The notes below the pieces were generated by a model. It worked only from the letters and a program-made list of their open reading frames with translations. It was not told where the DNA came from and made no database searches. A DNA stretch of 64,000 nt from sequence record MK962754.1. One strand, given 5' to 3'. This stretch comes from Shigella phage JK36. The stretch's first letter is position 1, and each line of letters begins with the position of its first letter. Positions 54,920-64,000 of the stretch are shown one piece after another. The translations under genes were made by a program, and so were the position numbers.

Positions 54920-57900
54920 ATGGCCGACATCAAACGTAAGTTCAGAGCCGAAGACGGTCTGGACGCCGGTGGCGACAAGATTGTTAACGTAGCATTAGCC
55001 GACCGTACAGTAGGTACTGATGGCGTAAACGTTGACTTCCTGGTACAAGAAAACACCGTTCAAGTATATGATTCTACGCGTGGATATAATAAAGGATTTG
55101 TTGTTCTTTATGACAACCGTTTATATCAAGCAATAAATGATATCGTGTCTCCTTCCGGGGCATTTAACCTTTTACAATGGCGTGCAGTTCGTACTGATGC
55201 ACAATGGATAACTGTCGCTTCTGGGACTTATCAACTTTCTTCAGGTGAATCGATTTCGGTTAACACTGGTGCCGGCAATGATATGGTTTTCACGTTGCCA
55301 AATGCGCCGGTTGATGGTGATACTGTTGTTTTGGCTGATATTGGTGGAAGAACCGGGACAGTTAAAGTACAGATTAACGCGTCTGTGCAGAGTATTTTAA
55401 ACTTTAGAGGTGAACAAGTTCGTACAGTTTTAATGACGCGCCCACGTTCACAACTATTGTTTGTGTTTAGTAATCGTTTGTGGCAGATGTATATTACCGA
55501 TTATGGTAAAGAATCAATCACTGTTACACCTGCGTCACCATATCAAGCACAAGCAAATGATTTTATCGTTCGTCGTTTTACTAGTGCAGCACCAATCAAC
55601 ATTACACTTCCACGTAATGCTAACAATGGTGATATAATCAGCCTAGTCGATTTAGATAGATTAAACCCACTGTATCATACAATTGTTAAAACATTTGATG
55701 ATACAACGTCTATTGGTGAAGTCGGGACTCATATTGCCGAAGGCAGAAATGACTCTGACGCGTTTTTTGTTTTTGATGCTGCAAGTAGTTTATGGCGTAT
55801 ATGGGAAGGCGACCAGAAATCGCGTCTTCGTATTATCCGTGCGGATTCAAATATTCGTCCAAATGAAGAAGTTCTTATTTTTGGCACAAATAACGCTACA
55901 GCCGGAACTATTAATCTTACGCTGCCTACAGGAATTTTGAGTGGTGACACTGTTAAAATTTCAATGAACTACATGCGTAAAGGCCAAACAGTAAAAATTA
56001 AAGCTGCCGAAGGTGATACAATTGCTTCTTCTGTTGCATTGCTTCAGTTCCCTAAACGTTCTGAATATCCACCTGATGCTCAATGGGTCTCTGTTACTGA
56101 ACTAGAATTCAATGGCACTACTTCATATGTTCCTGTATTAGAATTAGCGTATATCGAAGACACTGTTGCTGGTACAAGTTATTGGGTTGTTCAACAAAAC
56201 GTCCCAACTGTAGAACGTGTTGATGCTGGAACTGATGCTACACGAGCTCGTTTAGGTGTTATTGCTCTTGCTACTCAAGCGCAAGCAAATGTTGATTTAG
56301 AGAATACTCCAGCTAAAGAAGTGGCTATTACTCCTGAAACGTTGGCAAATCGTACAGCAACTGAAGCTCGACGTGGTATCGCTAAAATTGCTACAACAGC
56401 ACAAGTTAACCAGAATTCCACAGCATCATTTGTGGACGATACTATTGTTACGCCTAAAAAACTAAATGAGCGTACAGCAACTGAAACTCGTCGCGGTCTT
56501 GCTGAAATTGCTACTCAGACTGAAACCGATGCTGGTCTTGATGACACAACGATTATTACACCTAAGAAATTGCAGGCACGTCAGGGTTCTGAAACACTAT
56601 CAGGTATAGTTAAATATGTATCAACTACTTCTGCTACTCCTGCTGAAACTCGTGGTGCTGCAGGCACTAACGTTTATAATAAAACCGTAAATAATTTAAC
56701 TATTTCTCCTAAAGCCCTTGACCAATATAAAGCAACTTATGCTCAACAAGGTGCAGTAATTTTAGCTGTTGATAGTGAAGTAATTGCTGGTCAATCACAA
56801 GCAGGTTATTCTCACGCTGTAGTAACTCCTGAAACACTACATAAGAAAACTTCTACTGATGGACGTATTGGTTTAATTGAAATTGCTACGCAAACAGAAA
56901 CTAATGCTGGGACTGATTATACACGTGCAGTAACGCCTAAGACGTTAAATGATAGGAAAGCTACGGAAGGATTATCCGGCATAGCCGAACTTGCTACGCA
57001 AGTTGAATTTGATACTGGAACTGATGATACTCGTATCTCGACTCCACTGAAAATTAAAACTCATTTTGATTCTTCTGACCGTACCAGTGTTAATTCTGAT
57101 TCTGGACTTATTGAAGAAGGAACCTTGTGGAACCATTATACTCTTGATATTTCTAAAGCAAATGAAACACAACGTGGTACACTTCGCGTAGCGACTCAGG
57201 CAGAATCTAATGCAGGAACTTTAGATGATGTTCTTATTACTCCTAAAAAGCTTTTAGGGACTAAGTCCACTGAAACGTCTGAAGGCGTAATTAAGGTTGC
57301 TACTCAGGCTGAAACTATAACAGGAACTTCTGCTAATACTGCTGTATCTCCTAAGAATTTAAAATGGATTGTCCAGAATGAACCAACATGGGCTGCTACT
57401 ACAGCAATTCGTGGATTTGTTAAAACTTCATCTGGTTCAATTACATTCGTTGGTAATGATACAGTTGGTTCAACACAACCTTTAGAATCATATGAAAAAA
57501 ATAGCTATGCTATATCTCCATATGAATTAAACCGTGTATTAGCAAATTATTTGCCATTGAAAGCTAAAGCCGTAGATAGTAATTTATTAGATGGACTAGA
57601 TTCATCTCAGTTCATTCGTAGGGACATTGCACAGACGGTTAATGGTTCACTAACCTTAACCCAACAAACGAATCTGAGTGCCCCTCTTGTATCATCTAGT
57701 ACTGCTACGTTTGGTGGTTCGGTATCTGCTAATAGTACACTGACTATTTCTAATACGGGAACAGCTACTCGACTGATTTTTGAAAAAGGACCTCAGACTG
57801 GAACTAACCCAGCACAGACGATGACTATCAGAGTTTGGGGAAATCAGTTTGGTGGCGGATCAGATACAACACGTTCTACTGTATTTGAAGTTGGTGATGA

Positions 57901-58795
57901 AACGTCTAATCATTTTTATTCTCAACGTAATAAAGATGGGAATATAGCGTTTAGCATTAATGGTACTGTGATGCCAATAAATGTTAACGCTTCAGGCACG
58001 TTAAATGCGAATGGTGTTGCAACATTTGGTCGTTCAGTTACAGCCAATGGTGAATTCATTAGCAAGTCTGCAAATGCTTTCAGAGCAATTAGTGGTGATT
58101 ACGGATTCTTTATTCGCAATGATGGAGGCAGCACATATTTTATGCTTACTGCATCAGGTGATCAGACTGGTGGATTTAATGGATTACGTCCATTATCAAT
58201 TAATAACCAATCCGGTCAGATTACAATTGGTGAAGGCTTAATCATTGCCAAAGGTGCTACTATAAATTCAGATGGTTTGACTGTTAACTCGAGAATTCGT
58301 TCTCAGGGTACTAAAACATCTGATTTATATACCCGTGCACCAACATCTGATACTGTAGGATTCTGGTCAATCGATATTAACGATTCAGCCACTTATAACC
58401 AGTTCCCAGGTTATTTTAAAATGGTTGAAAAAACTAATGAAGTGACTGGGCTTCCATACTTAGAACGTGGCGAAGAAGTTAAATCTCCTGGTACATTGAC
58501 TCAGTTTGGTAATACACTTGATTCACTTTACCAAGATTGGATTACTTATCCAACAACTCCAGAAGCACGTACAACCCGTTGGACACGTACATGGCAGAAA
58601 ACTAAAAATTCTTGGTCAAGTTTTGTTCAGGTATTTGATGGTGGAAACCCTCCTCAACCTTCTGATATTGGTGCTTTACCTTCTGATAATGCAACAATCG
58701 GAAACTTGACAATAAGGGATTTCTTAAGGATTGGTAATGTCCGCATTATTCCAGACCCTGTGAATAAATCTGTTAAATTCGAGTGGATTGAATAA
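54920..58795 (+). CDS. 34: long tail fibre proximal subunit gp34
   Basis: 1291-aa ORF with several copies of a TPKKL...ATE..RG.AEIATQ.E motif; T4 order rnh/34-35-36-37. Confidence 0.92.
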   Translation: MADIKRKFRAEDGLDAGGDKIVNVALADRTVGTDGVNVDFLVQENTVQVYDSTRGYNKGFVVLYDNRLYQAINDIVSPSGAFNLLQWRAVRTDAQWITVASGTYQLSSGESISVNTGAGNDMVFTLPNAPVDGDTVVLADIGGRTGTVKVQINASVQSILNFRGEQVRTVLMTRPRSQLLFVFSNRLWQMYITDYGKESITVTPASPYQAQANDFIVRRFTSAAPINITLPRNANNGDIISLVDLDRLNPLYHTIVKTFDDTTSIGEVGTHIAEGRNDSDAFFVFDAASSLWRIWEGDQKSRLRIIRADSNIRPNEEVLIFGTNNATAGTINLTLPTGILSGDTVKISMNYMRKGQTVKIKAAEGDTIASSVALLQFPKRSEYPPDAQWVSVTELEFNGTTSYVPVLELAYIEDTVAGTSYWVVQQNVPTVERVDAGTDATRARLGVIALATQAQANVDLENTPAKEVAITPETLANRTATEARRGIAKIATTAQVNQNSTASFVDDTIVTPKKLNERTATETRRGLAEIATQTETDAGLDDTTIITPKKLQARQGSETLSGIVKYVSTTSATPAETRGAAGTNVYNKTVNNLTISPKALDQYKATYAQQGAVILAVDSEVIAGQSQAGYSHAVVTPETLHKKTSTDGRIGLIEIATQTETNAGTDYTRAVTPKTLNDRKATEGLSGIAELATQVEFDTGTDDTRISTPLKIKTHFDSSDRTSVNSDSGLIEEGTLWNHYTLDISKANETQRGTLRVATQAESNAGTLDDVLITPKKLLGTKSTETSEGVIKVATQAETITGTSANTAVSPKNLKWIVQNEPTWAATTAIRGFVKTSSGSITFVGNDTVGSTQPLESYEKNSYAISPYELNRVLANYLPLKAKAVDSNLLDGLDSSQFIRRDIAQTVNGSLTLTQQTNLSAPLVSSSTATFGGSVSANSTLTISNTGTATRLIFEKGPQTGTNPAQTMTIRVWGNQFGGGSDTTRSTVFEVGDETSNHFYSQRNKDGNIAFSINGTVMPINVNASGTLNANGVATFGRSVTANGEFISKSANAFRAISGDYGFFIRNDGGSTYFMLTASGDQTGGFNGLRPLSINNQSGQITIGEGLIIAKGATINSDGLTVNSRIRSQGTKTSDLYTRAPTSDTVGFWSIDINDSATYNQFPGYFKMVEKTNEVTGLPYLERGEEVKSPGTLTQFGNTLDSLYQDWITYPTTPEARTTRWTRTWQKTKNSWSSFVQVFDGGNPPQPSDIGALPSDNATIGNLTIRDFLRIGNVRIIPDPVNKSVKFEWIE

Positions 58796-58803
58796 GAGGT
58801 ATT

Positions 58804-59931
58804 ATGGAAAAATTTATGGCTAAGTTTGGACAAGGATACGTCCAAACGCCATTTTTATCGGAAAGCAATTCAGTACGATTTAAATTAAGCATAGCGGGCT
58901 CTTGCCCGCTATCAACATCTCCTGCTTATATTAAGTTCCAGGATAATCCACTTGGGTCCCAGGTTTTTTCCGTTGGATTAAACGTTCGTGTAATAAATCC
59001 TACAACGGGTGCAGTAGTTGAATCTAAGACATATAATTTCTCTACTGAAAACGACGCCACGTCAAGTGCATTTGTTACTTTCATGGACACATATTCTTCA
59101 AATTTTATATTTGCTCTTGTTACTAACGCTAAAACAAACTTTCCGCCAGAAGTTCTTGCATGGTTTAATAAAGCCGGAAGTTCTGCTATTCCATTAGCTC
59201 AACAAGTTTTAAATATAGTGGACATTTCTTATTCGGCATTTTATATTTCTGGTAAGAATGCTATAGCACTAGAACATATTAAGTATAGTAATAAGAAAAC
59301 TTCAACCGACTATAGTACACCACTTGATGTTGTGTACGACACGATCGATGATATTGGTGCTACCGGCTTCCCTAGTCGTACGTACGAATCGACAGACACA
59401 TTTTTATCTGCTGTTGGAGGTACTAATAATGAAATTAAAAGGATGCCTACAACGTCCATTATTACACCTCTCGCTGGGTATAAATTGAAGCCTGGAGATT
59501 TCCTTTATATGAAATTCCAACTAATGGCCGATGCTGATTTGTTAGCACAAGGGACGACACGACTTTCTATTCGTTTCTTTAAATCTCCTTCTACTTCACC
59601 TATTTCATTTAAGGATATAAACTTTGATGGGGGCGCAGGTGAATGGAAGATATATGAAGACTACATAGAAATTCCTGCTGGTGCTGACGGGTTCACGATT
59701 TATTGTTATCGTACAGCTCCAGTAGGGCAAGGTGGATTAAGAAACGTTATATTAACTGAAGTATCATGCAATGGAAGCGTTTCAAAACCTGCTGAGTTTG
59801 GTATAAATGGTATTCGTGTAAATTATGTTTCAGAATCTTTAAGTGCTCCAGACATAATGACATTACCTACTCAATCTTCAACTTATACCGGTAAGGTATT
59901 TGGACAAGAATTTAAAGAAGCATCAGAATAA
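58804..59931 (+). CDS. 35: long tail fibre hinge connector gp35
   Basis: 375-aa ORF. Confidence 0.88.
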   Translation: MEKFMAKFGQGYVQTPFLSESNSVRFKLSIAGSCPLSTSPAYIKFQDNPLGSQVFSVGLNVRVINPTTGAVVESKTYNFSTENDATSSAFVTFMDTYSSNFIFALVTNAKTNFPPEVLAWFNKAGSSAIPLAQQVLNIVDISYSAFYISGKNAIALEHIKYSNKKTSTDYSTPLDVVYDTIDDIGATGFPSRTYESTDTFLSAVGGTNNEIKRMPTTSIITPLAGYKLKPGDFLYMKFQLMADADLLAQGTTRLSIRFFKSPSTSPISFKDINFDGGAGEWKIYEDYIEIPAGADGFTIYCYRTAPVGQGGLRNVILTEVSCNGSVSKPAEFGINGIRVNYVSESLSAPDIMTLPTQSSTYTGKVFGQEFKEASE

Positions 59932-59936
59932 ATTTA

Positions 59937-59960
59937 GGGAGACTTCGGTCTCCCATTTTT
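59937..59960 (+). terminator. rho-independent terminator after gene 35 (GGGAGAC-TTCG-GTCTCCC plus T-run)
   Basis: Same 18-mer as the gene 23 terminator, followed by ATTTTT. Confidence 0.75.
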
Positions 59961-59961
59961 G

Positions 59962-59969
59962 TATAAATA
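59962..59969 (+). promoter_or_regulatory. late promoter box TATAAATA upstream of gene 36
   Basis: Exact TATAAATA 25 nt upstream of the gene 36 ATG. Confidence 0.6.
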
Positions 59970-59993
59970 TGGTATACATATAAGGAGACAACT

Positions 59994-60659
59994 ATGGCCG
60001 ATTTAAAAGCTGGTAGTACAACTGGCGGTGCCGTTATATGGCATCAAGGTAATTTCCCTTTAATGCCAGCAGGTGATGACGTCCTGTATAAAACGTTTAA
60101 ACTCTATTCAGAATATAATAAACCACAAGCTGCTGATAACGATTTCGTTTCTAAAGCTAATGGTGGTACTTATGCATCAAAGGTAACATTTAACAGCGGT
60201 GTTCAAATACCATATGCTATAAACAATACAAATCAATCTGGTATTTATCCTGGTAATGGAGATGCAGCTACTTTTGTTACAGCAAATATTGATATTGTTT
60301 CGTGGTATGGTATTGGTTTTAAATCATCACAAGGAACAGCGGGTAGAACTGTAGTAATCAATACACGTAATGGCGATATTAATACAAAGGGCGTTGTATC
60401 TGCTTCAGGACAAGTAAGAAGCGATATGACTGCTCCGGTTGCAGCAAATGATCTCACAAGAAAAGATTATGTTGATGGACGAATAAATATTGTTACGGAT
60501 AACGCAAATTCCCGTGTATTGCGTAAAGGCGATACCATGACTGGTACTTTAACAGCACCAAACTTTTTCTCACAGAATCCGGCGTCTGAGGCTAATCATG
60601 TTCCTCGTTTCGACCAAATCGTAATTAAGGATTCTGTTCAAGATTTCGGCTATTATTAA
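59994..60659 (+). CDS. 36: long tail fibre distal connector gp36
   Basis: 221-aa ORF, same length as T4 gp36. Confidence 0.88.
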   Translation: MADLKAGSTTGGAVIWHQGNFPLMPAGDDVLYKTFKLYSEYNKPQAADNDFVSKANGGTYASKVTFNSGVQIPYAINNTNQSGIYPGNGDAATFVTANIDIVSWYGIGFKSSQGTAGRTVVINTRNGDINTKGVVSASGQVRSDMTAPVAANDLTRKDYVDGRINIVTDNANSRVLRKGDTMTGTLTAPNFFSQNPASEANHVPRFDQIVIKDSVQDFGYY

Positions 60660-60667
60660 GAGGACTT

Positions 60668-63600
60668 ATGGCTACTTTAAAACAAATACAATTTAAAAGA
60701 AGCAAAACCGCAGGTGCACGTCCTGCTGCTTCAGTATTAGCCGAAGGTGAATTGGCTATAAACTTAAAAGATAGAACTCTTTTTACTAAAGATGATTCAG
60801 GAAATATCATCGATTTAAGCATTTCCGCTGGCGGTAATATCAGTGGAAATATCACTCAAACTGGTGATTATACACAGACTGGAAAATTTAATTTAATTGG
60901 CCCACAGATTATAGCAAGTGGTGGATATATTGAGTTTAATTATCGTACTACTGGAAGTGGGGCTTGGTCCGGTCAACACACTGCAAAAGCTCCAATTTTT
61001 GTAGATTTAAGCTCAGCTACTTCCACATCTGAATATAATCCTATAATTAAACAGCGCTTTAAAGATGGAACTTTTTCATTAGGTACTTTAGTTTCTGAAG
61101 GTTCGTTAAAGATTCATTATATTGATGAAACTGGTCAATCTAAATATTGGACATTTGCGCGCTCAGGTAATTTTCAAGTTGATTCTGGTAATTTATTAGT
61201 ATCTGGTGGGTATTTAGTCGCTCAGAGTAATATTGAAACAAGAACAGGTTCTTTGATTGGTCCATCTGTTGTAACTAAAAATATTTCATTTGATACGAAA
61301 GCGTTTGGACAATACGATTCGCAGTCATTAGTTCAATATGTTTATCCTGGAACTGGTGAAACAAACGGAATTAATTACCTTCGTAAATTCCGTGCAAAAT
61401 CTGGTGGTACGATTTATCATGAATTAGCTTCTGCACAAACCGGAAAAAGCGATGAACTGTCTTGGTGGACCGGTAATACAGCCGTTAATAAACAAATGGG
61501 CCTTCGCAATGATGGGTCTTTAGTGTTGCGACGCTCACTCGCAATTGGTACAATTACAACAGATGAAAACATTAATAATTACGGCTCCACTGGAGCAATG
61601 GGTGAATGCTATATAGTCATTGGAGATGCCGCAACTGGTGTATCATATAAAAGATCTGGTGTATATGATTTAGTTGCTAATGGTCTTTCTATCGCGTCTA
61701 TTACTCCTGACAGTTTCCGTAGTACTCGTAAAGCATTATTTGGACGTTCAGAAGACCAAGGCGGAACATGGAATATGCCTGGAACGAACGCTGCGCTTTT
61801 ATCAGTTCAAACACAAGCTGATGGAAACTCTGCCGGTGATGGTCAAACCCACATTGGATATAATTCTGGCGGTAAAATGAATCATTATTTTCGTGGTACT
61901 GGTCAGATGAATATCAATACCCAACAAGGTATGGAAATTAATCCAGGACTGTTGAAACTAACAACCGGTACAAACAATGTAATGTTTTATGCTGATGGCG
62001 GTATTACATCCACTAAGCAGCTTTCAATATATAATGGTGTATATTTAGCAGCTAATAATTCTACTGCTGGGCTAACATTCGCTCCAACTACTACAGTTGA
62101 TGGCACTAAGCAAATTTTGTGGGAAGGCGGTACTCGTCCTGGTCAGAATAAAAGCTATGTAACTGTTAAAGCGTGGGGTAATTCATTTAACGCATCTGGC
62201 GATCGTAATCGTGAAACAGTTTTTGAAGTAGCTGACGGACAAGGTTATTATTTTTATTCCCAACGCGTAGCCCCAAGCGGCTCAGAAACTACTGGTCCTG
62301 TTGTAACCCAGTTCAATGGACAAGTTAATGCTAGAGGAAGTATTATTACTGACGGAAGTTTTAAAGTTAATGGATTAAGCACTTTAGTCGGTAATGTTAC
62401 CATGTCTAACGGTTTGTTTGTCCAAGGTGGTTCTTCTATTACTGGACAAGTAAAAATTGGTGGAACAGCTGATGCATTAAGAATTTGGAATGCCGAATAT
62501 GGTGCCATTTTCCGCCGTTCAGAAGCATCATTACATATTATCCCGACTCCTAAAGATGCCGGTGAAAGTGGTGGAATAAGTAATCTCCGCCCGTTAAGTA
62601 TTAGTCTTAATAATGGTATGGTACAAATGCGCCATTCCGTTACATTAGGTGATGATGGTGCAGGCGGTAATATGGTGACGGTTGATAATGATTCTAAAGT
62701 TATGGTAATGACGACTAATAGCCGTATTAGTCCTAACTTCCGTATGCAAATTGGACAGTCGTCTTATATTGATGTGGAATGTACTGATGCTGTGAGACCT
62801 GCTGGAGCCGGTTCTTTTGCTTCACAGAATAACGAAAACGTTCGCGCTCCGTTCTATATGAATATTGATAGAACAGATACAAGCACTTATGTTCCTATTG
62901 TGAAACAAAGATACGTTCAAAATAATAGTTGCTATTCTATTGGTACTTTAATTAATGGTGGTAACTTTAGAGTTCATTATCATGAAGGCGGTGACGGCGT
63001 TTCTACTGGTGCTATTATAAAGGATCTTGGATGGGAATTTAATAAAAACGGTGATTTTTATTCTCCTGGTAAATTAGGCGCTGGAAATATTAGAATAGGT
63101 ACTGATGGTAATATTACTGGCGGAACTGGTAACTTTGCTAACTTGAACACAACTATCGAATCATTAAAAACCGATATTGTTTCAAGTTATCCTATTGGAG
63201 CTCCTATTCCATGGCCTACAGATACTCCTCCTAATGGTTACGCTATTATGGAAGGACAGACTTTTGATAAGTCTGCATACCCAAAATTGGCTATAGCTTA
63301 CCCATCTGGAGTAATTCCTGATATGCGCGGGCAAACTATCAAAGGTAAACCAAGCGGTCGTGCTGTATTAAGCGCAGAAGCCGATGGTGTTAAGGCTCAT
63401 AGCCATAGTGCATCGGCTTCAAGTACTGACTTGGGTACTAAAACTACGTCGAGTTTTGATTATGGTACTAAGACGACAAGTAGCTTTGACTATGGCACTA
63501 AGACTAGCAATACCACAGGTAACCACTCTCATACTGTAAGCGGTACTACGAGTTCTGCTGGTGCACACCAACATGCGCGCTCAGGTCCTCAGATACAAGC

Positions 63601-63943
63601 CGGCATACCCAATAACATATTCTATGACGGATATAATAGTGTAGGTGCAAACGCCAACGCTAAATTCACTGGAACCGTGAACGGTGCTACTGCAGGGTCG
63701 AATATAGCCAAAACTTCTTCAGACGGTGCTCATACCCATACTTGGTCTGGTACTACAAGCACTACAGGTAACCATGCTCACACAGTAGGTATTGGTGCTC
63801 ATACCCATACTGTAGGTATCGGTGCCCACTCTCATTCGGTAGCGATTGGTTCCCATGGACATACAATAACTGTAAATGCCACAGGAAATACAGAAAACAC
63901 AGTTAAAAACGTTGCTTTTAACTATATCGTTCGTTTAGCATAA
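60668..63943 (+). CDS. 37: long tail fibre distal subunit gp37 (receptor-binding tip)
   Basis: 1091-aa ORF; C-terminal region with repeated G-x-H-x-H motifs and T4-type end ...[11 protein letters not shown]. Confidence 0.92.
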   Translation: MATLKQIQFKRSKTAGARPAASVLAEGELAINLKDRTLFTKDDSGNIIDLSISAGGNISGNITQTGDYTQTGKFNLIGPQIIASGGYIEFNYRTTGSGAWSGQHTAKAPIFVDLSSATSTSEYNPIIKQRFKDGTFSLGTLVSEGSLKIHYIDETGQSKYWTFARSGNFQVDSGNLLVSGGYLVAQSNIETRTGSLIGPSVVTKNISFDTKAFGQYDSQSLVQYVYPGTGETNGINYLRKFRAKSGGTIYHELASAQTGKSDELSWWTGNTAVNKQMGLRNDGSLVLRRSLAIGTITTDENINNYGSTGAMGECYIVIGDAATGVSYKRSGVYDLVANGLSIASITPDSFRSTRKALFGRSEDQGGTWNMPGTNAALLSVQTQADGNSAGDGQTHIGYNSGGKMNHYFRGTGQMNINTQQGMEINPGLLKLTTGTNNVMFYADGGITSTKQLSIYNGVYLAANNSTAGLTFAPTTTVDGTKQILWEGGTRPGQNKSYVTVKAWGNSFNASGDRNRETVFEVADGQGYYFYSQRVAPSGSETTGPVVTQFNGQVNARGSIITDGSFKVNGLSTLVGNVTMSNGLFVQGGSSITGQVKIGGTADALRIWNAEYGAIFRRSEASLHIIPTPKDAGESGGISNLRPLSISLNNGMVQMRHSVTLGDDGAGGNMVTVDNDSKVMVMTTNSRISPNFRMQIGQSSYIDVECTDAVRPAGAGSFASQNNENVRAPFYMNIDRTDTSTYVPIVKQRYVQNNSCYSIGTLINGGNFRVHYHEGGDGVSTGAIIKDLGWEFNKNGDFYSPGKLGAGNIRIGTDGNITGGTGNFANLNTTIESLKTDIVSSYPIGAPIPWPTDTPPNGYAIMEGQTFDKSAYPKLAIAYPSGVIPDMRGQTIKGKPSGRAVLSAEADGVKAHSHSASASSTDLGTKTTSSFDYGTKTTSSFDYGTKTSNTTGNHSHTVSGTTSSAGAHQHARSGPQIQAGIPNNIFYDGYNSVGANANAKFTGTVNGATAGSNIAKTSSDGAHTHTWSGTTSTTGNHAHTVGIGAHTHTVGIGAHSHSVAIGSHGHTITVNATGNTENTVKNVAFNYIVRLA

Positions 63944-63948
63944 GGAGA

Positions 63949-63962
63949 GGGGCTTCGGCCCC
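63949..63962 (+). other. hairpin GGGGC-TTCG-GCCCC between genes 37 and 38
   Basis: 5-bp GC stem with TTCG loop; no clear T-run, so more likely an RNA structure than a terminator. Confidence 0.35.
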
Positions 63963-63970
63963 TTCTAAAT

Positions 63971-64000
63971 ATGAAAATATATCATTATTATTTTGACACT
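63971..64000 (+). CDS. 38: gp38 tail-fibre assembly chaperone, first 10 codons only (3' end outside window)
   Basis: ATG at 63971 with open frame to window end; MKIYHYYFDT matches my memory of the T4 gp38 N-terminus. Confidence 0.6.
   Translation, partial: MKIYHYYFDT

Overview
This window is a contiguous, gene-dense, AT-rich segment of a T4-like (T-even, Tevenvirinae-type) myovirus genome. Protein sequences and gene order match my memory of phage T4 very closely; no database search was possible. Layout: plus-strand late genes from the 3' part of fibritin (wac) through 13-24 (neck, terminase, sheath, tube, portal, prohead core, protease, scaffold, major capsid, vertex); rnlB/hoc/inh on minus; uvsW/uvsW.1 on plus; uvsY/25/26 on minus; baseplate hub genes 51-27-28-29-48-54 on plus; a long minus-strand early/middle block (alt, DNA ligase, small 30.x-like ORFs, rIII, 31, cd, pseT, spanins, alc, rnlA, denA, nrdB, nrdA, td, frd, 32, 59, 33, dsbA, rnh); then long-tail-fibre genes 34-37 and the first codons of 38. 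Recurrent T4-type early (GTTTAC-N17/18-TAnnAT), middle (MotA-box TGCTTTA) and late (TATAAATA) promoter motifs and UUCG/GNRA-loop hairpins are visible. No tRNA, CRISPR array, integrase, transposase or obvious foreign defence island was found. The most striking anomaly is a near-perfect 845-bp tandem duplication inside major capsid gene 23 that frameshifts the ORF, which is either an assembly/circularisation artefact or a defective genome. Other points: td and nrdB are uninterrupted (no group I introns or intron homing endonucleases); no seg-type homing endonuclease sits at the 23/24 or inh/uvsW junctions; a small promoter-equipped antisense early ORF lies between 23 and 24; the largest noncoding gap (about 295 bp) is upstream of rIII; and the gp37 distal tip carries repeat structure. 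I did not find a convincing novel multi-gene system.
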